From an uncultured Gammaproteobacteria bacterium (lineage in GTDB: Bacteria; Pseudomonadota; Gammaproteobacteria; Steroidobacterales; Steroidobacteraceae), in contig CAWCIE010000012.1 in the NCBI GenBank assembly GCA_963795475.1, forward strand, positions 324,710 through 388,709: DNA of 64,000 nt, read 5' to 3'. The notes below the pieces were generated by a model. It was not told the DNA's origin. It made no database searches and worked only from the letters and a program-made list of their open reading frames with translations. Numbering within the stretch: the first letter of the stretch is position 1; the number at the start of each line of letters is the position of its first letter. Made by a program: the position numbers and the translations under genes. Shown piece after piece: positions 46,022 through 55,158 of this stretch.

Positions 46022-48538
46022 TCAATCGATCATCACGTTGGCGTTGCCGAGCGCCGCGGCGCAGGCCCCGACGGTCACTGCGCTGACGCGCGCCGAATTG
46101 TTGCAGGGAAGACTTCCGCTACAGAGTGTATTCACGAGATTTCCCAGCTCAGTTGTCACCGCCGTGCCCTGGGCGCTCCCGACATTGGCGGTGCCCACCG
46201 CGAGCGCGGTCAGCGGACCTGTGATCGAGGCGGCACCGCTGGGCAGGCTCAAGGTGCTGAAATTGACCCCCGGGAAGATTTTGGCCTGCAGGGTCGAACT
46301 CAGCATCACCTGATTGCAGTACTGAACCGCCAGCTGAGCGACGCCGACCTGATTCGCGGACGAATAGGCCTCGATGGTATTCACCGCCGGCAGCTGTTCT
46401 TGGACGCTTTGATACGTCGTCACCACCGACGCGTTCGAGGTCAGCACCCCGGTGAGCTGCGAGAAGGTCGAATTGACCTGCGCGAAGCTGCGCACGCCGA
46501 AGTCCGCCGCGGGCGGCCCGAGCGCCAGCGTCGCCGGTTGCGGTGTCGCCTCGACGATCACGTCGTGCGCGGTGCCGAGCGTATCGAACTGCAGGAAGAA
46601 CTGATCCGTCAGCGGGCCGTTCTCGAGCGCGATCACCGTGCCGACGGCCGACAGGATGTCGCCCGATGTCGCGGAGTAATTAGCCGCCGTGATCGTGGTG
46701 TTGAGCGGAATGTATGCCTGGCCCACCAGCGGAATCGTTCCGTTGATGCCGATGCGCATGCCGCTCACGGGGATGCTGGTCGGCTTCGCGGTCGAATCCA
46801 GGGAGATGAACGTGGGCTGGTAGAACAGGTAGCTGTAGTTGTCGTACTGGCTCACCGTGAACATCATATAAGCCTGATTGACGTTCACGCCGGGCACGCT
46901 CGAGATGTTGAAGAGCAGGTAATAGCGCTGTCCGACGCCTGCATTGAAGTTCTGCAGCACCTGCGCGGCGGAGAGCGCGCGGCTATGGACCGCGAGGAAC
47001 TTGATCTCGCCCTGGAACGCGTTGTCGCCCGATACCTCGCTGCCGAGAACCAGCGCGAAAGTGCTGTCCCAGTTCGAGATGGTGCCGCCCTTCTGCGGAT
47101 CCGGGATGTTCTGGTTGACGCCGTTTACAAAAATCTGGCGGCCGTTGACCGGATCGTAGGTCAACACCACGTGCTGAAGGGACGCTTGCAGTGCCATGGT
47201 GGCATCCGGGGTCTGCAACTGCGGCGAGCCGTTCAAATTCGAATTGGAGCTGCGCAACGAAAAGTCATAGTCCTGGTTGGTCTGCGCGAGAGTCACGTTG
47301 CGCAGGGTATCGCCGCCCGAATAGCTGACGATGTCGGACAGGTTCGTGGCCACGACCGCGGGGGCAACCCAGGCCTCGATCGAGAACTCGCCGGTCGCCT
47401 GGATGAGCGTGTTCAGCTTGGAGCTCGCTTGTACGGTCGCCTGCGCCTTGCCGCCGCCGGCGAGGAAAATGAGTCCCCAGCTGCCGTCGAACTGGTAGTG
47501 GCCGGTCAGCGTCAGGTCCGCGGAAGGGTCGATGCCGCTGGTGTCGTACGCCATCGTCGAGCCCGCTCCCTCTGAGAACATGTACTTGGCGATGGTGTCG
47601 GCGTCGTAACGATTGGCGCCGCTGGCCACCGTGCCGTCCGTCAAGTGGAGGGCCTTGCTGACGACCAGGTTTGGATCGAGGCTGGTCGGCGTCGCCATCT
47701 TCGCGTAGGCCTGAATCTGGGCAAGCATGAGCCCCGCATCCACGGAACACGTGCTCCAGCAATTGTGCAGATCGGTGGCGAGCCGCTGATAGAAGCGCGA
47801 ATTCGTGCCGCAAGCGCCCGGACCGCTCCCGGCGACGAACGGTAAGCAGCCCGTGAAGTCGATTTTAGGGATCGCTGCCTGGTACGCAGTGACGATGTTC
47901 GGGTCCGCGAAGTACGGTGTTTGCGCGTTGGCCGGGCTCGCTTGCGAGCTATGACACTTGGAACACCACTGGCTGGTGATGTTGTTGTAGATCGTCGTCT
48001 GATACGCGGCCTGGGCCGCGCCGGTGGATGAGAAGTTCAAGCTCTGTCCCGCCGATTGCACCGGCGGAGCCACCAGCTGGACCTGCGTCGCCGATGCGGC
48101 GCCCGTGGCATTCGCCCAGTTGCTGATCCACGTGGTCAAGATCTGGCCGCAGGCGCTCGGATCGGCGAGCCAGCAGTTGTGCCCGCCGCTCACCTTCACC
48201 ACCATTTCGGAGGTGGAGGGCTGCGCGAGGTTGACCACCGTATTGGCCTGCGCGTAGGCGAGGTTCACATTGTCGCTGCGCGCGAAGTTCGGCATCTGCG
48301 CCGGCGTCGTCGCGTTGTGGCACTGACCGCAGCGGTTCTGGGTACGGATGTTGTTCCAGAGGTTGACTTCGAAGGCCTGCACGTCCGCCGTCGCCGGCGC
48401 GGGTCCCGTATAGGCGTCGGCGCTGCTGGTGGGAGCGACCGTGGGCAACGCAGAGTTGCCGGCGCCGCCGCCGCCGCAGGCGGCGAGGCCCAACGAGGCC
48501 GCGAGAATCATCATCCCGAGTAATTGTTTGGCGTTCAT
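46022..48538 (-). CDS. Lipoprotein with two CxxCH motifs (planctomycete-cytochrome-like) and a central LamG/ConA-like domain
   Basis: The N-terminus is MNAKQLLGMMILAASLGLAAC (a lipobox). The motifs are NRCGQCHNATTPAQMPNFA and WCSKCHSSQ. The LamG-like region reads ...GEFSIEAWVAP...HVVLTYDPVNGRQIFVNGV...FQGEIKFLAVHSRALSAAQV. The ATG lies 2 nt after the upstream stop. Confidence 0.75.
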   Translation of the reverse strand: MNAKQLLGMMILAASLGLAACGGGGAGNSALPTVAPTSSADAYTGPAPATADVQAFEVNLWNNIRTQNRCGQCHNATTPAQMPNFARSDNVNLAYAQANTVVNLAQPSTSEMVVKVSGGHNCWLADPSACGQILTTWISNWANATGAASATQVQLVAPPVQSAGQSLNFSSTGAAQAAYQTTIYNNITSQWCSKCHSSQASPANAQTPYFADPNIVTAYQAAIPKIDFTGCLPFVAGSGPGACGTNSRFYQRLATDLHNCWSTCSVDAGLMLAQIQAYAKMATPTSLDPNLVVSKALHLTDGTVASGANRYDADTIAKYMFSEGAGSTMAYDTSGIDPSADLTLTGHYQFDGSWGLIFLAGGGKAQATVQASSKLNTLIQATGEFSIEAWVAPAVVATNLSDIVSYSGGDTLRNVTLAQTNQDYDFSLRSSNSNLNGSPQLQTPDATMALQASLQHVVLTYDPVNGRQIFVNGVNQNIPDPQKGGTISNWDSTFALVLGSEVSGDNAFQGEIKFLAVHSRALSAAQVLQNFNAGVGQRYYLLFNISSVPGVNVNQAYMMFTVSQYDNYSYLFYQPTFISLDSTAKPTSIPVSGMRIGINGTIPLVGQAYIPLNTTITAANYSATSGDILSAVGTVIALENGPLTDQFFLQFDTLGTAHDVIVEATPQPATLALGPPAADFGVRSFAQVNSTFSQLTGVLTSNASVVTTYQSVQEQLPAVNTIEAYSSANQVGVAQLAVQYCNQVMLSSTLQAKIFPGVNFSTLSLPSGAASITGPLTALAVGTANVGSAQGTAVTTELGNLVNTLCSGSLPCNNSARVSAVTVGACAAALGNANVMID

Positions 48539-48540
48539 GA

Positions 48541-49824
48541 TCAATTTCCCATGCAATACGCGGCGGCGGCGGCGAAGACCTGCCGCAACGAGTAGTTGCT
48601 CGATTGGAATGTCTGGACCAGCGTGTTGATTTCGTTCGCGTCGCTCGTGGCGTAGCCACTCGCGGCGCCGTTATTGGCGGAAGCCGGCGCGCGGAAGCAG
48701 ACCGTCTTGAAGACTCTCGTCACCTGACAGGTGTTGAACGCCGCGGTGCTCTCGAGCTCCTGGCCGAGAGACTTGGCCCCGCTCCCGGAGCCAGGGAGCG
48801 ATGGGCTCCAGCCGAGCACCTGATTCGGCCCCGTACGCCAGCGGTTGTTCCAGCTGTCATCCGGGGTGTTGAACCCTTGGGGGAAATTGGTGTTGTTGAT
48901 GTGGTATTTCGGCTGCGTCTGGCCGGCGGTGTACACGATCTGGCCGATGGGCCACGCCGTCGCACCGATCTCGCTCGCCGGGTACGAGAAGTTGTAGTAC
49001 GCGAACGCCTGAGCCATCGGGTCCATGCCGCTATGGCAGCCGATGCAGTTGGTCAAGAACAAGGTGCTGACGCCGCCCGGGCTCCTCGTCACATCCTGGC
49101 GGATGCGGTCGGGGGGCCGGGTGGTGTCCATCACCGTGGGCAGGTCGTTGCACAAGTGATTGATCATGGTGAAGCGGAACATCGCGCGGTTCGTACCGTT
49201 CACGAAGAACGCGCTGGCGGCGCCGCGGGTGGTCAGCACGCCGGCGGTGGCGGTCGAAGGGATGCCGGTGACCGAGGATTGAGTGGTTTGCTTCAAGTGC
49301 AAGCTCAGATCGACGTTATTGTCGTCGAGCGTCTGATACATGTTGTTGTTATCCGGTGAATAGGCACCCTCTCCGGAGGTCCCGTCGCCGACGAAAAGAA
49401 TGTCGGCGCTGAGGATGGTATTGAACGGGATGTCGTGCTGAACCATTCCGATCACGGTGGCGGTGTAGTCGTTCAACGGCACGAACACCGACTGATCGCG
49501 GTTGGTCCAGGGCGCCGCCATGTTGCGGATGGTGTCGTTGAGGAACTTGGGATCGTTGGTCGCGATGAGCGCGGCAGCCACCGGCGACTGTCCCACCATT
49601 TGCGCCAGCTCGGCCGCGGTGGGCGGTATGCCCGCGATGCGGTTGTAGATGCGCGCCGCCTGACTGGCGTTGACGACCTGTGCGTCCGCGTTGGCACCGA
49701 ACAATGCCAGCGCGCCGGCGCATGCAGTCGCGGCGAGTGCGAGCTTGACGAGGCGCGGCATCGCCGTGCAGCGGTTGATATCGCTCATTGAATTTTCCAT
49801 CCCGTACTTCATGTTCACATCCAC
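48541..49824 (-). CDS. Secreted DUF1588/DUF1585-like protein with one CxxCH motif
   Basis: The signal peptide is ...MPRLVKLALAATACAGALALFGANADA, and the likely start is 49761 or 49788. ...FLTNCIGCHSGMDPMAQAFAYYNF matches the C..CH..DP signature I remember from DUF1585-type planctomycete proteins. Confidence 0.65.
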   Translation of the reverse strand: MDVNMKYGMENSMSDINRCTAMPRLVKLALAATACAGALALFGANADAQVVNASQAARIYNRIAGIPPTAAELAQMVGQSPVAAALIATNDPKFLNDTIRNMAAPWTNRDQSVFVPLNDYTATVIGMVQHDIPFNTILSADILFVGDGTSGEGAYSPDNNNMYQTLDDNNVDLSLHLKQTTQSSVTGIPSTATAGVLTTRGAASAFFVNGTNRAMFRFTMINHLCNDLPTVMDTTRPPDRIRQDVTRSPGGVSTLFLTNCIGCHSGMDPMAQAFAYYNFSYPASEIGATAWPIGQIVYTAGQTQPKYHINNTNFPQGFNTPDDSWNNRWRTGPNQVLGWSPSLPGSGSGAKSLGQELESTAAFNTCQVTRVFKTVCFRAPASANNGAASGYATSDANEINTLVQTFQSSNYSLRQVFAAAAAYCMGN

Positions 49825-50134
49825 TTGCGCGAGTTGTGATTTGGACCGGCGCCAATATAAGCATCAAGCAAGTCCGCAAATAATGTCTCATCCGAACAAC
49901 GTCGGTGTTTCGCGACAGTACCGACCGCCAACTACGCACCCTTATCCTGAGCCGCGATTTGCGAGACTTCGCTCCGAATTGTTCAAGGAAAACGGATGTG
50001 GCGAAGTTCTTCTGTGAGTGCGTTAACAGATTGCACATGCACACCCGATCGAAGATGCAGTTATGAGATCATTAAGTTCAATGACTCGAAACTCACCTGC
50101 ATCCGGGTCTCGGGAGCAAGGGTAGGTATTCGAC
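49825..50134. promoter_or_regulatory. 310-bp comparatively AT-rich divergent intergenic region
   Basis: It separates the two divergently transcribed CxxCH-protein operons. No credible ORF is present. GC is visibly lower than the flanks (for example AATATAAGCATCAAGCAAG and TTATGAGATCATTAAGTTCAATGAC). Confidence 0.5.
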
Positions 50135-52966
50135 ATGAACAAATTTCGCCTTCGTGACTCACGTCACGGTCTCTCGGAGCTTCGCCGAATCATCCGGGCT
50201 GCGTCCCTCGCATTGCCCGCCGCGTTGCTGTTCGCCTGCAGCAGCGCGCCGACCGGGAACGCTCCCGGCGTTGCGGGCGGTCAATCATTGACGCCCGGCA
50301 TCACCAACTACCCGATGGGCTATATCAAGCAGCCGGTACTCGCGGTGAACACCGACAAGCAGAACAAGGCGGCGACTCCGACCGACATCAACGTCGAGGA
50401 CCTCATCACCTCCATCACCGGGAGCGACCTCTACGTGCGCGAGACTGCAAGCGCCTCGAGCCCGGAGGTGAACGTCACCTTCCCGATCACCGGCGGGAAG
50501 GGCGCCGTGCGCGATCTCGACGTGTCGCCGGACGGCACGAAGATCGTGTTCTCGTTGCGCCTGCCGCTTGATCCCACGCTCAAGAACACCGACCCCAAGC
50601 AGCCGAACTGGAAGATCTACCAGTACGATGCGAAGGCCAAGACGGTGACCCAGCTCACCAACGACAGCATCACCAGCGGCCACGACGTGGGCGCCCACTA
50701 TCTGCCGGACGGGCGGATCGTGTTCGCCTCCACGCGCCAGCTCGCGACCCAGGCCATCCTGCTCGACGAGGGCCGTCCCCAGTACCAGGCCGTGACCACC
50801 AATCAGCAGCAGGCGATATTTCTATTGCATGTCATGAACGGCGACGGCTCGAACATGCATCAGATATCGTTCAACACCAATCACGACTTCGCGCCCTCGG
50901 TGCTCGCGAACGGGCAGATCGTGTTCTCGCGCTGGGAGGTGACCAACGGCCAGGACCAGATCAGCCTGTACGTGACCAACCCGGACGGCACGGGCCTGCA
51001 GCTTTACTATGGTGCGAACAGCCACGCCACCGGCGCCAACATCGCGGGTACCAACAATAACGTGATTCAGTTCCTAGGTGCGCGGCAGCGCGCCGACGGG
51101 AAGCTGCTCTCGATCGTCCGGCCCGTGCTGGGAACCCAGCTCGGCGGCGATATAGAGCTGATCGACGCGTCCAACTTCGTGGAAATCAACCAGCCGAGCT
51201 CGCCGACGACGGCCACGGGCGCATCCGGAACCGCGCCGGCCGCGGTGGGGCAAACGGAGGCGACCACGCTCGGCGTGACCACGGACGCCAACATGCCGTC
51301 CGCGGGCGGGCGCTTCTACTCTCTTTATCCGCTGTACGACGGCACCAACCGGATGCTGGTGAGCTGGGCACCCTGCTTGATCCAGACCACCACCGGTACC
51401 ACCGAAGTCTGCAACAGCTCCAATACGACCGGCGCCAACGTGACCCAGGCTCCGCCGCAGTACACGGTCTGGATCTATGACTTCAGCGCCGGCACCTTGA
51501 GTCCGCTGCTCTCGGCGGAGCAGGGCATGGAAGTGGTCGAGGCGGTGGTCTTGCAGGCGCGAACACCCTTGCCGACGTACATCCCGGACTTCATTCCGAC
51601 CACCCCTGCCCAGGAGGCCTTGGTCAACGGTCAGGTCGGCATTCTGAATATCTCGAGCGTGTACGATTACGATGGGATCGATACGGCGAAGCCGGACATC
51701 GCCACCCAGGCGAACCCGGCGCAGGCGAGCTTCTACGCCCGGCCCGCGCGCTTCGTGCGCATCGAAAAAGCGGTCGAAATCCCGCCGAAGACGGTGCGCA
51801 AGCTCGATCAGGCCGATTTTGGGCCCGCCGGCATGGGCATGCGGGAGATCTTGGGCTATGCGCCGGTCCAGCCGGACGGCTCGGTCCAGATTCAGGTGCC
51901 CGCGGAGGTTCCGTTCGTCATCGATGTTCTCGACTTGAATGGCCGGCGTATCACGGCGCAGCACACGAGCTGGATGCAGGTCATGCCGGGCGAGACCAAG
52001 AGCTGCAACGGCTGCCACACGGCCGGCAACCTGAAGACCCCCTCGCACGGGCGCAGCGGCTTGACGGTCGCAGTCAACCAGGGTGCACCGACCACCGGGG
52101 AACCCTTCCCCGGCACCTACAGCGCCTTGTTCGCCAACGCCGGCGAGACCATGGCACAAACGCTCGAGCGCATCAGCTGCGAAACCGGCAGCGCGCTCGC
52201 CGGCCTGCCCGTGCCTTACACTCAGCCCTGCTCGCAAATTCTCGCCACGGATGTGATCTACGCGCCGATCTGGACCGATACCGTCACCACGCCGCAGGCG
52301 GACGTGCTGAATGTGGTCGCGGGAGCGAACGTCTTCAGCTACCCCTATGGTGGCACCTCCGGCATCCCGAGCACGCCTCCCACCAACGGGAGCTGCGCAC
52401 CTTGGAGCGCGCAGTGCCGTATCACCATCCATTACGCGAACCCGGCCTCGAACCCGACGCAGCTTTACATCCAAAATTTGTGGAACGATACGTCGCGGGT
52501 CGCCACGGTGAACGGCGTCGCCAATACTTCGATCACCTGCACGCTCTGTCACAACCCGCTCAGCGCGCAGAATAAGGTCCAAGTACCTGCCGGGCAGCTC
52601 GACTTGACCGGCGTCGCGTCGAGCGGGGCCACAGGCGACAATGACGTGACCCACGTGCAATCGTACGAAGAAGTCTTGTTTTCTCATGACGAACTCACGC
52701 TTAATATGGGCGTGCTGCAGGATTTGACGGTCACCGACCCGGGCCCGCCGCCGACGCAGGTGCCGGTGATGCTGGCGGCGCCGATGGCGGCCGGCGATGC
52801 GGCGGCATCGACTGCCTTCTTGCGAATATTCGATGGGAGCTTCCATGACCCAGTGCTCGATCACACGGGGTTCTTGACGATCGGGGAGATGCGGTTGATC
52901 TCGGAATGGTTGGACATCGGCGGCCAGTACTACAACGATCCGTTCGTCGCCCCGGCTGCGAACTGA
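50135..52966 (+). CDS. 943-aa lipoprotein: PD40/TolB-like propeller plus hydrazine-synthase-alpha-middle-like domain, two CxxCH motifs
   Basis: The lipobox is ALLFAC followed by S. PD40-like repeats include DVSPDGTKIVFS, YLPDGRIVFAS and LANGQIVFSRW. ...ILGYAPVQPDGSVQIQVPAEVPFVIDVLDLNGRRI...WMQVMPGETKSCNGCHT matches the HZS_alpha-type domain as I remember it. The second motif is ITCTLCHNP. Confidence 0.7.
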   Translation: MNKFRLRDSRHGLSELRRIIRAASLALPAALLFACSSAPTGNAPGVAGGQSLTPGITNYPMGYIKQPVLAVNTDKQNKAATPTDINVEDLITSITGSDLYVRETASASSPEVNVTFPITGGKGAVRDLDVSPDGTKIVFSLRLPLDPTLKNTDPKQPNWKIYQYDAKAKTVTQLTNDSITSGHDVGAHYLPDGRIVFASTRQLATQAILLDEGRPQYQAVTTNQQQAIFLLHVMNGDGSNMHQISFNTNHDFAPSVLANGQIVFSRWEVTNGQDQISLYVTNPDGTGLQLYYGANSHATGANIAGTNNNVIQFLGARQRADGKLLSIVRPVLGTQLGGDIELIDASNFVEINQPSSPTTATGASGTAPAAVGQTEATTLGVTTDANMPSAGGRFYSLYPLYDGTNRMLVSWAPCLIQTTTGTTEVCNSSNTTGANVTQAPPQYTVWIYDFSAGTLSPLLSAEQGMEVVEAVVLQARTPLPTYIPDFIPTTPAQEALVNGQVGILNISSVYDYDGIDTAKPDIATQANPAQASFYARPARFVRIEKAVEIPPKTVRKLDQADFGPAGMGMREILGYAPVQPDGSVQIQVPAEVPFVIDVLDLNGRRITAQHTSWMQVMPGETKSCNGCHTAGNLKTPSHGRSGLTVAVNQGAPTTGEPFPGTYSALFANAGETMAQTLERISCETGSALAGLPVPYTQPCSQILATDVIYAPIWTDTVTTPQADVLNVVAGANVFSYPYGGTSGIPSTPPTNGSCAPWSAQCRITIHYANPASNPTQLYIQNLWNDTSRVATVNGVANTSITCTLCHNPLSAQNKVQVPAGQLDLTGVASSGATGDNDVTHVQSYEEVLFSHDELTLNMGVLQDLTVTDPGPPPTQVPVMLAAPMAAGDAAASTAFLRIFDGSFHDPVLDHTGFLTIGEMRLISEWLDIGGQYYNDPFVAPAAN

Positions 52967-53020
52967 CTCAGCCGTAAGCGTATGAACTGATGCGACGTTC
53001 TGCTTGGGCTCATTCTGCTG

Positions 53021-53728
53021 TTGCAGGCGTTGCACCTAGGTGTCGCGGAGGCCGCGAAACGTCCGTTATTGCAGCTGGTGGTGACGGCGCCGTACCTCGA
53101 GATGCACTCGGGACCGGGGCGCGGATTCCCGGTGGTGTACGTGATCGGCCGGGACGAGATCGTCACGGTGCTCTACAGCAGGACCGACTGGTACAAGGTG
53201 CGCGCGCCGCAGGGCGCGGAAGGCTGGGCGCGGCGGCAGGATCTCGCGACCACGAAGCTGGCCGACGGCGAACCGGCACCGATACCGCCCTACCCCGATT
53301 TCGCCAGCCATCGCTGGGAGGTGGGCGCGGGATACGGTGTGTACAACCGGCAGAATTTGGTGACCGCGTATGGCGATTTCGGACTCACGGACAGCATCGA
53401 TGTCGAGGCGGTGCTGCAACAGGCGCTCGGCACGCTCGATAACCGCGTCATCGCGACCATCGGTCTGCGCCACACCTTCATTCCGGAATGGAAATGGTTT
53501 TCGCCCACGGCCGGCCTCGGCACGGGCTATCAGCACATCGTCGACAAGGTGCCGCCGGCCCCCTTGGAGAGCAACAACGAGATGGCCTACGTGTCCCTTG
53601 GCGCCCGCGGCTTCATCACCCGCCGCTTCATGTGGCGCGCCGACTGGCGTCACTACGTGGTCTTCAACAACTTGAACGTATACGAGGATCTAGAAGAATG
53701 GAAAGTCGGCTTTGCAGTGTTCTTTTAG
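53021..53728 (+). CDS. SH3b domain fused to a small outer-membrane beta-barrel (start unresolved)
   Basis: The SH3-like region is ...YLEMHSGPGRGFPVVYVIGRDEIVTVLYSRTDWYKVRAPQGAEGWARRQDL. The barrel ends ...WKVGFAVFF. A good signal peptide (MRR-VLLGLILLLQALHLGVAEA) appears only if ATG 52990 is joined to this frame by a 1-nt shift. Confidence 0.65.
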   Translation: MQALHLGVAEAAKRPLLQLVVTAPYLEMHSGPGRGFPVVYVIGRDEIVTVLYSRTDWYKVRAPQGAEGWARRQDLATTKLADGEPAPIPPYPDFASHRWEVGAGYGVYNRQNLVTAYGDFGLTDSIDVEAVLQQALGTLDNRVIATIGLRHTFIPEWKWFSPTAGLGTGYQHIVDKVPPAPLESNNEMAYVSLGARGFITRRFMWRADWRHYVVFNNLNVYEDLEEWKVGFAVFF

Positions 53729-54369
53729 CGGCGGCTCTGCTGTCCGGCTGCGGCTGGTTCCATCGAGGGGACAAGAAGCCCGTTCAGGTGTCCGCCGAGG
53801 ATCCCGGAGCGGAGCCCACCATCGTGGAACCGCAGGTCACGCGGCGCGAGGTGAAGACCCCCAAGATCAAGGCCAAGGACTTCGAGATGGGAGCGTACTT
53901 CGGGGCGCTCAGCATCGAGGATTTCGGCACCAATCCGGTCTATGGCATCCGGGCGGCCTACCATGTCACCGAGGATTTCTTCCTCGAGGGTTTTCTGGCG
54001 CGGGCGAAGGCCGGGCAGAGCAGCCTCGAAGAGGTGTTCCCGGAGATCACGGTGCTCAGCAACTCTGGGAGACAGTTCACGTACTACGATTTGGACGTGG
54101 GCTACAACATCCTGCCCGGAGAGGTGTTTCTGGGAAGGGGACGGGCCTTCAATACGGCGCTCTACGTCACGGCCGGCATGGGTGACGTGAAATTCGCGGA
54201 CCAGGATCAGTTCGCGCTGAATTTCGGCGTGGGCACGCGGATTTTGATCACCGATTGGCTCGCGCTGCATTTGGACGTGAGGGACCACGTGTTCGAGTCC
54301 AGCCTGTTCGGAGTCGACAAGAACGTACACAACATAGAAGGGACCGTGGGGTTGACGACGTTTTTCTGA
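53698..54369 (+). CDS. Small outer-membrane beta-barrel lipoprotein
   Basis: Track ORF trimmed to MESRLCSVLLAAALLSGC (a lipobox). It has alternating beta-strand patterning and the C-terminus ...NIEGTVGLTTFF. Confidence 0.7.
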   Translation: MESRLCSVLLAAALLSGCGWFHRGDKKPVQVSAEDPGAEPTIVEPQVTRREVKTPKIKAKDFEMGAYFGALSIEDFGTNPVYGIRAAYHVTEDFFLEGFLARAKAGQSSLEEVFPEITVLSNSGRQFTYYDLDVGYNILPGEVFLGRGRAFNTALYVTAGMGDVKFADQDQFALNFGVGTRILITDWLALHLDVRDHVFESSLFGVDKNVHNIEGTVGLTTFF

Positions 54370-54406
54370 GTTGTCTCTGTCAATGGACCAGTATCAGGAG
54401 ATTTTC

Positions 54407-54910
54407 ATGCATAGCTCCAAAGCAAAGTTCCTCACTCGCTGCGCGATGACGGCCATCGTCGCCGCCTCCGCAGCCTTCGCCGGCGATGCCGCCGGCCCCG
54501 CGCCGGCGTTCACGCTGTCCGAGCTCGACGGCAGCCAGGGCGCGCTCGCGCAGTACAAAGGTCAAGTCGTGATGGTGAATTTCTGGGCGACCTGGTGCGG
54601 TCCCTGCCAGCAGGAAATGCCGCTCCTCGACCAGATGTACAGGAAGTACAAGCCCGCCGGATTCACGCTGATCGGGGTAAACGTCGACAAGGAGGCGCCG
54701 CCGGTGAAGGCGCTCCTCGAGCGCAAGCCCGTGAGCTTCCCCGTGATGCTCGATCCCGCGAATCAGGTGTCGAAGGCCTACCACGTGGACGAGATGCCGA
54801 GCTCGGTGATCATCGACCGCAAGGGCGAGATCCGCTACATCCATCGCGGCTACAAGCCGGGCGACGAGAACGAATACCAGGATCGCATTCGCCAGTTGAT
54901 TCGGGAGTAG
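54407..54910 (+). CDS. TlpA/ResA-family periplasmic thiol:disulfide oxidoreductase (canonical CxxC)
   Basis: The signal peptide is MHSSKAKFLTRCAMTAIVAASAAFA. The active site reads ...GQVVMVNFWATWCGPCQQEMPLL. Confidence 0.85.
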   Translation: MHSSKAKFLTRCAMTAIVAASAAFAGDAAGPAPAFTLSELDGSQGALAQYKGQVVMVNFWATWCGPCQQEMPLLDQMYRKYKPAGFTLIGVNVDKEAPPVKALLERKPVSFPVMLDPANQVSKAYHVDEMPSSVIIDRKGEIRYIHRGYKPGDENEYQDRIRQLIRE

Positions 54911-54912
54911 CC

Positions 54913-55158
54913 ATGCCGTCCCTCCGCCGTTCCATCCAATGGGCGGGCGCCGCCCTCATCGCAGGCTCCGGGCTCCTGAGCTCCGCCTGCACCATCCAGC
55001 CCTGGGTGAAGCCGTATGAGCGGGACCGCCTTGCCGATCCCATCATGGCCTGGGATCGCGACGCCATCTCTTCCGCCTACCTGGATCACATCCGCGAGTC
55101 CCGCGAGGGTTCGCGGGGCGCCAGCGGAAGCGCGGGCGGCGGTTGCGGCTGCAATTGA
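54913..55158 (+). CDS. DUF4266 small lipoprotein
   Basis: The N-terminus is MPSLRRSIQWAGAALIAGSGLLSSAC (a lipobox). It continues ...QPWVKPYERDRLADPIMAWDRD.... The C-terminal GGGCGCN is the DUF4266 signature as I remember it. Confidence 0.75.
   Translation: MPSLRRSIQWAGAALIAGSGLLSSACTIQPWVKPYERDRLADPIMAWDRDAISSAYLDHIRESREGSRGASGSAGGGCGCN

Noticed and set aside
46022-52966. Calling the CxxCH proteins c-type cytochromes
   Set aside because: A CxxCH motif alone does not prove heme attachment, and planctomycete-type PSCyt modules have not been shown to bind heme as far as I know. I therefore report only the presence of the motif.
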